Source: Macrostomum lignano
Taxonomy: Eukaryota
NCBI GenBank assembly: GCA_002269645.1
Contig: NIVC01000684.1
Location: forward strand, 248,001 to 312,000
Reading direction: 5' to 3'
DNA: 64,000 nucleotides
Shown one piece after another: positions 1 through 24,992 of the stretch. The position numbers and the translations under genes were made by a program. The first letter of the stretch is position 1, and each line of letters opens with the position of its first letter. Under the pieces are notes generated by a model. It was given only the letters and a program-made list of their open reading frames with translations. It had not been told where the DNA came from and searched no databases.

Positions 1-250
1 CTGCGGCGCTAAAATGAGTGCCTGCGGCGCTAAAATGAGTACCTGCGGCGCCAAAATGAATTCCTGCGGCGCCAAAATGAATGCCTGCGGCGCAAAAATG
101 AGTGCCTGCGGCGCTAAAATGAGTGCCTGCAGCGCTAAAATGAATACCTGCAGCGCTAAAATGAGTGCTTGTGGCGCTAAAATGAGTGCCTGCGGCGCCA
201 AAATGAGTACCTGCGGCGCCAAAATGAGTACCTGCAGCGCCAAAATGAGC
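1..250. repeat. 21-bp tandem repeat (ctgcggcgctaaaatgagtgc), truncated by window start
   Basis: About 12 direct copies; produces the spurious MSACGAK ORF 14..370. Confidence 0.95.
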
Positions 251-731
251 GCTGACAACACCGATTCTAAAAATAATGTACATGTAGAATTGTCGGCTTC
301 GCCCCCCCCCCACCATAAAACCCATGGCGACGCCCCTGCATTCAATCAAATGCTAATTTTAGAAAAATAGCAAAATACGTGCAGTAGTACCCCAAATCAG
401 TTGACTAATACCCCATGGGGTATTAATTGGGGTAAAAAAGCCTGCTGCAGACTCAAGTGTTCCAAAGGAAACAGAATACTCTAGAAAGCAAATAGAGTTG
501 GCTAAGAAACCTTAGTTCTAAATTTAGGTTTAGTTTCCATAATTGGATGGCTGCTAAAAGCGATTTCTTTATCTTGCCTTCCGACAAAAATTCCGACTGT
601 CTATAGAGGAGGCAAGATGTGCAGGTGTGCGCCACAGAGGTAAGCCGCGGGTGTTTAAAGAGCTTAAAACTGAAGCACTGTTGGGGACAGACACAAGAGG
701 GGAAGACAGTTTCTGCCACACCCTGTCACTC

Positions 732-733
<2 letters not shown>

Positions 734-822
<89 letters not shown>
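734..822. repeat. (CT)n microsatellite
   Basis: Uninterrupted CT run. Confidence 0.98.
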
Positions 823-826
<4 letters not shown>

Positions 827-1164
827 GTCTAACTCGAGCTCTCCCTCCTCCCATTCCTATTTCTCCAGCATCCGCCCCTCATCACTCCTCGCTCTTGTCT
901 AGCAGTTTCCGAGCGCAGGTTGTCATGGCAACCAGGAAATTCGTCCCCGATAGGACAGCCGGTGCAAGCCCTGTGCGAGTTGCCGGGGGGAAGAGATGCG
1001 CAGCCAAGGACGTACGCAGCAGGGGTTGAGTTGAGAAAGCAGTAGAAATTTCTCGAGCAAAGGTATAGATGGCGATAGCTGGACAGAAAGACAAAGAGAA
1101 TTAGCTGCGATTTTTATACTGAAATCTTAGAGGCAAAGAAGACTACAGAAATTGACTGTTTATC

Positions 1165-2358
1165 ATGACGTCTACTACAGAATTTTGGATTTATTCGAAC
1201 TCTACTACAACTCCGGTGGATAATTTTCGGTTGAAAAGTACAACTAGCAATCTCATTGCTTTCAACGTACTGGTCCTGCCAATGAGTGCCCGAACTCTCA
1301 TTGCATTTTTATTATCCCTGTGCGCTGTGTTCAGTCTCATGGCTAACTGCATCACATGCCATGTTATTCTGCACTCGCGTCGACTACAGAGTACCACTAA
1401 TTATTTTATCATAGCTCTGAGCATTCCAGCACTACTAGTTACAGTGTGCATGGCACTAGTTCTCACCGAGTTGGTAAGCGTCAGATGGCTACTAGGAGTT
1501 GAAGTGTGCAAAATCACTGGCGTATTTTTGCACACATTGTTAAGCTCTAACGCTTTTCTACTAGTGTCAATCATGGTGGACCGGTACTACGCCATAGTGC
1601 TGCCGCAGAGCTTCAAGATCAGCAGGACCAAGGCTAAGAACATGATAGCGGCCAGCTTCGGCAGTGCTCTGGGCCTCTCCCTGCCAATGCTGGCCTTCTA
1701 CGATCAGCTGCGGTGCAGTCCCGGTCACGTGATCTGCGCCTTCTTCAACTCGTTGAACAATTGGACAAGTCTGGCCTTCTACGCCATACCCTACGCACTA
1801 TTGACATTTGTAATGCCCTGTCTAGTGGCCGGTTTGCTGTTCTCCAGAATCTGGGCCTTCGTCTGGACAGTTAACAAGCAGCGCGGCTCGATCAGAGGTC
1901 GGGTACTGCAACGGACAACTAATCACGTGCCCCGGACCAAGATTAAAACGTTCAAACTCATAGCCTCAGTGTCGGCTGTTGACATGCTGGTTATGAGCGT
2001 TATCTTCGCGTTAGAGGCCGGCTTTCTGGCCTACGAAATCAACGAAGCGCCGGCCTACGATCCGCTAACCCTGGTGTGCAGCATCTATTTCTTTGACGGA
2101 TTCGCCAAGCCGATCATGTACGTGTGCATGAACTCGAACTTCCGTCGCGGCTGTCGCGAAGTACTGTGCTGGTCCCAGATGCGCTGCTACCGACAGGAGC
2201 TCTACACCGTCACTAGAGTGTCCGCCTTTGGCAAGAAGAACTACGTCACGGCTGTTGACGTGAACGGCGTCACGGAGAATCGATGGGAGAATCCGTCGGT
2301 GTTTGAACTGGGAACGGCCAAGTCTGCGACTGTGACCAGGCATAGCAATGCTATTTGA
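1165..2358 (+). CDS. GPR19: Intronless class A GPCR, GPR19 orthologue-like (397 aa)
   Basis: Seven hydrophobic segments and DRY. Segments recalled from vertebrate GPR19 match closely: RRLQSTTNYF, DRYYAIVLPQSFKISRTKAKNMIAAS, RTTNHVPRTKIKT, KPIMY..NSNFRRG (KPxxY instead of NPxxY), MRCYR, KKNYV. Confidence 0.9.
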   Translation: MTSTTEFWIYSNSTTTPVDNFRLKSTTSNLIAFNVLVLPMSARTLIAFLLSLCAVFSLMANCITCHVILHSRRLQSTTNYFIIALSIPALLVTVCMALVLTELVSVRWLLGVEVCKITGVFLHTLLSSNAFLLVSIMVDRYYAIVLPQSFKISRTKAKNMIAASFGSALGLSLPMLAFYDQLRCSPGHVICAFFNSLNNWTSLAFYAIPYALLTFVMPCLVAGLLFSRIWAFVWTVNKQRGSIRGRVLQRTTNHVPRTKIKTFKLIASVSAVDMLVMSVIFALEAGFLAYEINEAPAYDPLTLVCSIYFFDGFAKPIMYVCMNSNFRRGCREVLCWSQMRCYRQELYTVTRVSAFGKKNYVTAVDVNGVTENRWENPSVFELGTAKSATVTRHSNAI

Positions 2359-2538
2359 CCGAATTGTTTGGAATTTTTAACTGAGTTGATAAATCTAAAT
2401 CTAGGCTTGATTCTAGTTTATATCTTTGTTTTTTCGGAAAAAAAGTTACTGTCTCGTGTATTATTCGTCCACCATGTTTTGTGACGTCTTTCTCTCTTCC
2501 TGCAAACTCTTCAGATCGTTATGACGTTACTCGTACAA

Positions 2539-2773
2539 CAGGGGTCGGCAAATGTTTTTTTAAATTTTGGGCTGGATATAGAATCTATAGCGCAAGATGG
2601 CTGCGGGCCAGAGAGAGGAGAGAAGGGAGAGAAGTGGAAGAGGAGAGAAAAAAGAAAGAGAGCAGAGAAGAGTCACAATAAGCCTCGAGCGAGCCGGGGT
2701 TGCTCAATTATTGCTGCATGTAAAGTTTCAAAGGACCCGAGGGCTTCGCGGGCCAGATTTTGCCGACCCCCTG
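2539..2773. mobile_element. hAT (Charlie/Buster-type) MITE
   Basis: TIRs caggggtcggcaaa ... tttgccgaccccctg; imperfect 8-bp TSD tcgtacaa / gtgtacaa with central TA; internal gggccaga motifs. Confidence 0.8.
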
Positions 2774-4732
2774 GTGTACAACAATCCAATGCACAGTAAT
2801 AGTTTCTCTATGGCCACCGGTGTCCTGAAGTCCTGAATTAGGGCTAATAAGATCTTACTACGAGCGTATTTATAGATTTGGTGGTATTTATTTCATAAAT
2901 TGCTACTGCTTAAATTTGAGCAAAGGATCTTGTTTGTCGCTATAATCTTCAGTTCAAATGTACGAATACGAGGCTCGTAATATAGATCTGATTGACCCGC
3001 AATCAAATTATGAAGTATATTATTATGAGTGTAAGCTTGAATATGATTTTTACTTCTATAACAGTGTTGTTACAGCAATATTAATATAGAAATAAAAAAA
3101 ATACTTCATTCACTCAGTCATCATTCGTCCTATTTTTGTTTTTTTGGCCTGCCTTTGCAGCTTGTCTGAATCAGAAAGAGCTCGGTTGTTATGACACTCA
3201 AATAATTAATCCTTGGAGAAATCGCAGCTCACTATATTAGTCATGTGAAGGTACAAAGGGGACAAACAAACTCGTAAAAAACCACTTACTGTGTGGCCGC
3301 AAACCAAAGGAAAAAAAACTATATTTGCTTGGCTAATTTTATTGCCTAGGCTTTTGGCAGGACTGCGTAATGCAAGCGGGTATTTTATCAGGCCATTTGC
3401 TTCATAATTAATTAGCTGATATTACTCCTATAGTACGTATTTACCCTGGAATCGAAGCAAAAAATCTCTTATCATTATAGCTTTTATGTAGCCACATCGA
3501 GTAAAAAAGAGTAAATCGGAATTCAGATTATTAATTTATTATTTTTAACTATTAAATAAGTTAATCGGATAGTTACTATATTATTGAAATATATTAACTT
3601 AGATAGTTTTACTGTCTGTTCTGCAAGTGAATAGTGTTTTTTTATACGAATTTATATACAAAGTTACAAAAATTTTAAGCATGGTTTACTTACTGCCATA
3701 CCGTTATTTTTGTTGAACATTTATAAAGTTAGAATTCTATCATCTTGAAGCGATAAATAGGACAGAAAATAACAAATATAAAGGTTTCGGGAAAATACTC
3801 GTATCCATCGTTAATTGAAAATATTTGTTTAAAGTAAGTCACGAGCTGATTATAATAATGTCTATGGGCCGATAGAAAATTACACCAAATATATGCATGT
3901 ACAATAAAAGTCTTCGAAAGAGACCATGCATCAATGCATATGAAAATATATGTAAGAAAAGAAATTTTAAGGCCTTGTTTGTTCTATGGAAGAAAAGATA
4001 GACAATAGAAATCCGCCAGATCAGCGACAAAAGTTTACAATTGAAGGCCGCAGTAAAACAAATTATCCCTCAGCATTAAAATTACAATAGTAAGGCCCTT
4101 AGAAAAATTGTTCATTACGAGCTAAGAAAATAAGCAATAAAAGTGCAAGGCATTAAGTATTTAATTTAATATTCTTTCGAGTGCACTGCTCAAGAAAGAA
4201 AACAGTTTTAATCTCTAAAAAAGCTTGCGAAAAATATCTTCGGAAGAGGCATTCTAGGCACGATAATATTAAGGCGTATAAAATAAAACAAAAAATAGCA
4301 CACTGCCAATTATAAGTAATTAATGCCACTTTCGAAACTTTGCTTACCGACTATTCAGTTAATTAGTACATATGCATGTACAGCTTTAAATATAAGTGGT
4401 GTCTATAGTCATTGTAAAAGTCGCAAATCGTTTATTTGGCTTAATTTACGCATGCGGTTTAACAAAAGTACACGCTAAAGCTTAAAATTTTCATGTAATT
4501 CGTTTTCTTTATTATATCCAACTCCAATTTGACGCCAATTTGAATTTAAAACTGGAAGTAAACAAAAAACGAAAGCGGCCTGAGAATTCAGTTTACAGTA
4601 TGTGTGGATAAAAACGTATTTTACGATTGAAAAATCCACGCTCAACAAAATACGAGTAATACCCTGTAATAGCGCGTACTTGCTGTTCCTCTAATTAGCA
4701 GATACATGTAGATATTCAATTGATTATGAGTA

Positions 4733-17504
<12,772 letters not shown>

Positions 17505-19124
17505 TTAGTTCAGCTGCAGCAAGTAACAAGGCTGATTAAATAAATTATATGCACATGGTAATTCTTGCACGGAAAAAGCTCTAAATAAACGAAACTAAAA
17601 TTTACCTGACACAACAACTAAATAATTTTCCTTTTTTGTACAAAGACCCACTAGAAATATTAACAGTAGAAAATAAATAATATCAGATTGTGAGTTTAAA
17701 AAAACTATGTCTACTGCAAAAATAAAGCTGTAAAATTGTTTTAACGTACAACTTTTTGCGTTCGTTCAAACCGACATATCATGTTTCTGAGAAAGTACGC
17801 ACGCACAACACACAAAGCCAGATTGTTATTGATTGTTATGGCCTGGACGTAAGCCGCAATGCGCAATGAATTGGCCCACTGGGAAGACTTCAACGAGTCA
17901 TAATCTAGTCATTTTATTCTTTTTCTTACTTGTTATAAATGAAACGTTTATTAGACGATAGACGTTTATTCATTTTTTCTTCTGGTTGAAGTTGAAGGCT
18001 TACTACTGCCATACTGGCATTATGTTCTACTTCTAGGCCTATTAATTGTTGGGCAATGCTGCAATGCAAATTGCTACAAAGGAAAATTGCCAACTGTTGT
18101 GACTTGTATATATATTTAAATTAATTCAATTGTAAGCCTATTCAACTTGAAAACATTAATATAGAAGCCTTAACTCAAGGCTTGTGCTAGTAAAAGTTGT
18201 TGTCAGAATAAGTTGTTGACTTGTTGTCCTTAATCTGTAAGTGTAATATAGGGTGTATCTAAATGTAAATTGTAATATCTAGCTAATCCTTATAATTAAA
18301 TAGGCCTATAAACAAAACTAATTCATAAGGATTTTGAAGGCTAGGCTTGTTATAGTAGGCCTAAACTTTATAATTTACAGAAAAGCTTTATCATAAATAT
18401 AAAAAAGGAATGTCTATATTAAAGCCTAAATTATAATGCTCAATAGAAATATTTTTATATATATAAAATCATTATATTTTAAATTAGTCTTGGGTATTTT
18501 ATTATCTTGGCTATTTAGTATATTTAAGTAGGGACTTCAATGAGGCAAAATTATCCCGTTCAAAATTGTAAAAATGGCAAAAAGGGCCTATCTTTCTACA
18601 CTTATAACTATTGAAAGGAGTAAAGTGTGAAGTAAAGTTAATATACTTTGAAAAGGCAACATTTTTTTCTTTCAAATAAGACCAGCTTTATTGAAAACCA
18701 TTGATTTATTACAAAGCTATACTTACTCAAAGTTTTGCTTTCTTTTCAAAAAAAATGTATGTGTGACGGTTGCAAAAAATGCACATGTTTCGGAATTTGA
18801 ATTTTTCTAAGAAATGCATCATTTTTTACGCAATGAAACGATTGTAATACAAAGGGAATACATTAGAGAACATTTTAAAGACTTTTCAGCCATATTTGTT
18901 ATTATGCAACTAGGAGAAAAACATGTTTTTTTTAGTTTTTATCATTTTACTCACTGAAGCTCCATAGCGCCGCAGTTCTCCCATAGCTAATCAGACGCCC
19001 ACATTTGTTAGCTACAAGACGAAAAAAGAATCATGAAAATCGGTTGCTGCGCAATGCTGCGCGAGCAGTTTAAAGTCAGCCATCCCATTTGTGATCAAAG
19101 TAGGTTTTGCCCTTGAATCATTAG

Positions 19125-19579
19125 GGCGATCATGAACTTTCCCGCGTTGAATTATTTTTTATCTTGTTCGTAAATTTCCAGCTTTGAAGACATTGAAGAC
19201 ATGGCCGGAAGACCTGCCGCACCAACAACTATAGTCGAGCCAGCCGATGTTCTTCCTGCCATTGAGCTGACCGAGTTGGACCTCAACCACCGTGAGCTGG
19301 CCCTGCTGACGGATGACACAGCAGTCCAGTGGCTGGCACGGCACGGACTTCTGCGGAACAGCATCGACTGCCCGAACTGTGCCACCGCAATGTCCTATTC
19401 TGGATCTGCCACTACTACCCCTGCTGACTGTGACTCTTTATTAACTAATAATTGTGGTACCTAGTGTTTTTTATGCCCCTGAACTTTAATAATACTAATT
19501 TTCATCACCCCGCACTTAAAGGTTACGAACAAGATAAAAAAATAATTAAACGCGGGAAAGTTCATGAATCATGATCGCC
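19125..19579 (+). mobile_element. Internally deleted Merlin/ISXO2(IS1595)-like mini-transposon nested in the previous element
   Basis: TIRs ggcgatcatga(ttcatga)actttcccgcgtt; perfect 7-bp TSD tcattag (19118-19124, 19580-19586); ORF 19201..19464 has AVQWLARHGLLRNSIDCPNC..M, typical of the N-terminus of eukaryotic ISXO2-like transposases. Confidence 0.7.
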
Positions 19580-19697
19580 TCATTAGTTTGTCATTCGGCT
19601 GTTTTTCTACTTGACCATTATGATTATAACCGATGCTTGCATTTTAGGCAGCTTGCACATGCTTTCGTGCATTTCAGAAGCGATCAGGTTTCAGGGA

Positions 19698-20314
19698 TTA
19701 ATCGTCATCCTCTAGCATGTTCAGATCACCAGCGTAGAAGTCCGAGTACAGGTTGTACTCGAATCTTTCTCCAGGGAAATTGTCGAACTCGACCTCAAAC
19801 ATCCTGGACAGGATGTCCAAGTTCCGAGCCGTCGGCAACTCGCGGATGACAGCGCCCTCTTCCCACTGCTCCCCATCGGCATACAAGAACTTCACTTCAA
19901 TTCTTCGTCCAGGCAGCTCTGGGCAGGACTCGAGCGTCCGAACTGTGGTTTCAGGAGCCTCGTCTGCAGCATCGTCATCGTCCTGAATTCTCCATCCTCG
20001 TCCCCTGCCTCTACCGCGTCCTCGGCCACGTCCTCGGCCGTGTCCTCGGCCGCGTCCTCGCTGAGGCGCCGGCGGCTGGACCTCACGTGGCTTCAGCTTC
20101 TTGGCCACCAGCTCACGGACTCTTGCGCTACATTCTTGGGGCGGCAGAACGTCTCCAGACGCAGAAGTGGAGGCAGAAGGGACAAGCTCCTGCTCTTGAG
20201 CATTCAGGATGTCAAGGAGCTCCCCCAGCTGATCCTGAAGCTGAGCTGTGCTGTGCTGCCTGCCTCTCTCCAAGAAGTGCAGCAGCGTAACCTTGTCTGG
20301 TGGCAGCGGAGCCT
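19698..20314 (-). pseudogene. C-terminal remnant of a transposon protein: RG-rich tract, acidic linker and Spin/Ssty-like Tudor-type tail
   Basis: GRGRGRG run; tail LPGRRIEVKF..GEQWEEGAV..FEVEFDNFPGERFEYNLYSDFYAGDL follows the recalled Spin/Ssty pattern (LVGKRV..W.G.V..Y.I.YD..Y.L.DDY..GDL). Confidence 0.5.
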
Positions 20315-22844
20315 CTAAAATGTGTTAAATAAATTGCTTAGAATAGATAGCAAAATAGTCCCATGTATTCGTAGCTTACGCATGGCCTTGTGAAGTTGAA
20401 GCTGGGCTTTCACAGCCATGATCATGTTGAGCAGGAGGTTCAAATGGACTATCAAGAAAGTCCTGTAGTACTTGTGTAGATCCAGGTCTAGAGGCTGACT
20501 TTGATAATGTTTGTGCCTTCTGCTTCAGCCTTACCAAGTACTTGTATAAGGGCCAAGTTGCTTCTGTCTGCTTAGGAGCAATGGCAGCCTCAATGACTCC
20601 AACTTCCAGCTGCTGCTGGTTGAGGGCAGCCTGAACAGCCATGCGGCCACCACTCTTAAACAGATCAAGAGCAGCCCCAATTGTCATGGAAGCTGGTAGG
20701 TCAGACATGCTGCCAAGTGCTAGGCTGGAAAGTAAACTTAAGGGTAAAGCCAAGGTATATCAAACAAGACTATGTAAGCTTTTAAAAGCATTATCATTAA
20801 GACATTACAGTTGTATGTCAGTTGAATTAATTCTGAATGCTGAAAAGTTGTTATATCTTATCATTTATATATAAATGCAATATTACTGCAATATTAGGTA
20901 GTGGCTATGTCATATGCATTCATGGATTATATGTATTCTTATATCAAAAAGTGTGCCCAATGAAAAGTCTTTTTTAGCTATAAAAATTTGAAAAAAATGG
21001 GAAAAAATAAGACCTCTGGCAACAAAATCCATCAAGAAATAAAAAAATTATAGCAAATTGATTTTCAAAAGTTACATAATCTCGGAAAAATGATCACAGT
21101 GCCCTATGGAAAAAATACATTACGAGCTAGTACAAAAAATGTAGCACAAAATGTACCATAACTTTTTTAATACCCAACCAATTTTTATAAATGAAATGTC
21201 ACCATGCTCATAAAGCATGGATCTATATGATGAAGTACAAAAAATGGCCTAATTTTTAGTTTTAAAAACCTCACTGAAGTCCCTAATTTAAGCTTATCTA
21301 TTTAGATCTAGAGCCAAACCCTATTGGAATAAGTTTCAAAAACCCGCAGATGGGCAACAGAGGTGCCAAAATTGTGCCCTCAAAAGTGCAACGCGACACC
21401 AAATTTTGTTGACTAGGGGGTGGCGACGCATGACAATACTGATGTCTATTGACCAAATGACTAGGGGGGGTGCCATAGCAGCCACGTTGCACGTTGCCCA
21501 CCTAATCAATCATGCACTTAGACTAGTCATACTAGCCCCAAGGGGGGAGACCGCATGACCTACATGTCTTCACATTTCCATGAACAGATTACAATGAAAT
21601 GGAGTTTGCAAGGTTTTGGCTGCAGATCCAGGCCACAACATGACACATGACAATGCTAGCTGCCAAGTTGCCACACTGTCGCGTTGCGCAACACCAGGTT
21701 GCCATAGTGTCGTGAGATGTGACACTGTGCTAGACAGCACTGTCACGCGATGTGACACACTACTTGACACCACTGTCGCACAATGCAACACTAGGAAAAT
21801 CTGAAAATGTGACGGATGGTTGTCTGTGTTTTGTCAACTTATTCTAATAGAGGAGCCAAAAGGTTGAATAATATCTGGCAATTGATATTTCAAGATACCA
21901 AGTGCCAAGAATCCAAGAAAATCAACTCGTTAAAGTGGTACCTATATTAAGGAATTTAGCCAAATGTTTAAAAAAATCAAACACTTAAAATTTTGGTGTC
22001 ATGATTTAAAGGTTATGATTTTTTACTTTTGTTTTTCAAATATACATATAGTTGTACCAAGAGAACTGCTATTCTTAGTTTTTAGCTTTTTCTTATATGA
22101 ATAAGGTATCTCAAAATCTCTTTTGATCTTTTCAAAGTAATCTCAAAAGATCAAATCTTATATCATATTGTCAAGAAAATATTAAATCTAAAAATCTTAA
22201 AAATTCTATATTGTCCAATCTCTGGCCCTATTTAGATCATATACATAATAGGTTAAAGTAAATTTTAGAGTTAATTTTATTATATATTTATTTTTCAACA
22301 AGTTACCAATTTCAAATCTAATAGATTTAGACCTAAATTTGGTAATTTATAAGCCTAATATACAAAGAGTATGAAAAATCAAGTGTTTTTTTATTGTTTG
22401 TAACAATATTAAAATACAATAATAATGTTTTAGTAATATAGTATTTAAATGCATAATTTTTAAATTAAATAGATTAGGTATTTATTAGTAAGGCCTAAGT
22501 GCAAAATCTAATTGCCCATCAATTATGTTGTCTCATTTCACTTCTATTTGTAAAAAAATATAAGTAAAATCCTAACACTGAATCATTATATTATATTATT
22601 GTTATAGAAAGCTTAAATTAGAATATAAAATGCTTATCAGTATTTTATTTTTATATAATTTATATAGTTATATAATGTAGAGAATTTAAAAAAACTTAAA
22701 TTGTCTATTTTATATTCTATTTTATTATTCTATTTTGTTATATACTATGTTCTATATGTTATTATATATATAGCATTGTTATGTATACTTGCTTAATGGG
22801 TTGTAGCCTAGTAAAAAGGTTTTTAGCCTAGTAAGAGGGTGGTA

Positions 22845-23140
22845 GTCTAGTGGTTAAAGCATTAGACTTATAACTTGAAGGTTGGGAGATTGATTCTTAA
22901 TCCACTCAGAATAATTTGTATCTATAAGCAAGATATTTAACTCTACAATGTTGCTTTAGTTAACCTAGCTATAAAATGGATATCAATATTAGCTAGGATA
23001 ATTAAGGATGTCTTTGGTGACCTAGTCCTTAGACTAAACAGCTATATGTAGCCTTTAGATATAATGCACAAAAGTTGCAACTAAGCTGTTGGTTGCATAT
23101 CTGGCCTAATTGAAGCAAGTATAATCAATTATTATTATTT
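22845..23140 (+). mobile_element. CORE-type tRNA-SINE copy, hypermutated C>T/G>A
   Basis: Colinear end to end with the copies at 35222 and 44001 despite ~55 transitions. Confidence 0.9.
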
Positions 23141-24304
23141 TTATATGCTAAAGATATACAACCATAGCTTAATGGTCTAATATAGTATTCTTATATACTA
23201 GTGGTCTATATATGGCCTAAATTAGAATCTTGGCTTATATCTACTAATGTCCTTAGGTCAAACCTCAAAGGCACAATGAAATATACATGGCTAATGATAT
23301 ATAAAATTAGAGACCTAGGACCACTATATACTCTTGTGTAAATATATGCCTATTGTCAAAGTGGAAAAAAGGTCAGATTGGTCCTTTTGCCAATTGTATA
23401 CAATGTTACTTAAATTGTATTAGGGTGCATATAGCCTTTTGCTTCTAACTAAAATAAGCTTAGGATATTTTAGTATGATTGTCCTTTAGTCATATAAATA
23501 TAAGAATTATGTATCTTATATAATTCTTTTTAGCCTATCTTTTAAGCTATCTTACTATTAAATAAAAATGCTAAGTAGCTTTTGTATACTAATAAACTAT
23601 CAAAATATAGGTATCTTTTCAAATTACAAAAATGTTAATTTAAATTATTGAGACTTAGTAGTTAACAAAACAAATAGCAATCTAACTTGTTTTTATGCTA
23701 GTTAAAATTACAATATAATATAGTTTAATATTTTTATAAATGATATAAATATACAATTTTTTTAGATTAAATAGCTTGGTTTTGAGGTGCCATGGAATCC
23801 TGGATTTGGAACCCCTAATGCTAGATAGATACCCTGTTTTTTTCTGAAAGGTGTCAACCTTACCAAACATATAACAAGAACAAGAACAAATATCATATTA
23901 AACAAGAAACAAAACTGAAAAATGAAAATTAAACCATTTTTGTTTGAATGCGATTTGCCAATATATTTTTTTCTGAAATTCTAAAATCTTTTTATCTGAT
24001 TTTGAAATATTTCTTTTTATTTTATTTTAATTTTATTTTGAAGCTCTGAAAGTTAGTGGCAAATAAAAATGAATTAGTATTGACAACTTGATTGTCTTGT
24101 CTAGAGAAATGGCAATAAAAAGTTGGTGTTATATATTTATTAGGAATTTATAAAGATAGAAATTTTCTTAATTTCAAACTTTCTGATTGATGTCACTTAG
24201 CATCCTGGTTTTTAGTTTTGCATTGTTGTTTTGGACCCTAGATACCAAATGGCACTGCAATTTTGACAAAACCCAATTTAATAATGTTCTTATAAATCTA
24301 TTAT

Positions 24305-24992
24305 CAAGGACAACTTAAGTAAAAGGGGAAACCTTGTTTCTTGAAAATTTTTTGAAGGCAAGTTTTTCCAAAAAATAACTATAGAGATAGAAAGTTTTCA
24401 TTTTTTCAGCACAAAAATTGTTATTGCTTTTATTGGAGGCGGATCCTATGTTCATCTTTTGATGTGATGTGCCTTTCTTATTGCTCTATCAATATTAATG
24501 AAGCTTTTCATTCAGAAAATAGGGATTCTATGGTAATTTTTCATTCTACATACATTTCCTGTACCTAACAATCATAAAAATGCATGACACAGCTCCAATA
24601 TTAGGTTTTATGAATCTATTTTATCACCTCTGTTGCAAATATTTGTTACACAGTCAGCTAAGAATGATAAAATAGACTCATAAAACCAAAGAGCTGAGCC
24701 ATTTTAATGGCTTTTAGGCACAAGATACATGCAATAGATACATACATGCAATAAAAATTAACACAGAGTCCTAATTCTTTAAACAAAAGGCTTTATGAAT
24801 ATAGATAGAGGAATAAGAAAGGCACAACATATCAGAAGATGAACACTGGATCTGCCTCCTATCAATAGCAACTACAATTTTTGTACTGAAAAAATGAAAA
24901 CTTCCTATCTCTGTAGTGTATTTTTTGGGAAAATCTGCCTTCTAAAATTTTCTAAGAAAACAAGGTTTCCCATCCTACTTAAGTCGTCCTTG
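24305..24992. mobile_element. hAT-type foldback MITE with ~230-bp imperfect TIRs
   Basis: Termini caaggac(a/g)acttaagt; perfect 8-bp TSD tctattat (24297-24304, 24993-25000); arms align as inverted repeats (~24305-24535 vs ~24760-24992). Confidence 0.88.

Larger units (their letters stand above)
18531..21283 (-). mobile_element. Non-autonomous DNA transposon with 15-bp TIRs and TA flanks, superfamily unassigned, carrying a degenerate minus-strand coding remnant
   Basis: Left gggacttcaatgagg and right revcomp gggacttcagtgagg (14/15 match), TA on both sides. Internal ORF segments at 19698-20314 and 20380-20725 are separated by a GT-AG intron-like gap. Confidence 0.7.

Noticed and set aside
14-370. 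MSACGAK repeat protein
   Set aside because: Translation of a 21-bp tandem repeat; no independent coding evidence.
21300-21800. GC-richer patch with G-runs and gtcgc/tgtgacac repeats, possible transposon end
   Set aside because: I could not find a matching opposite terminus or TSD.
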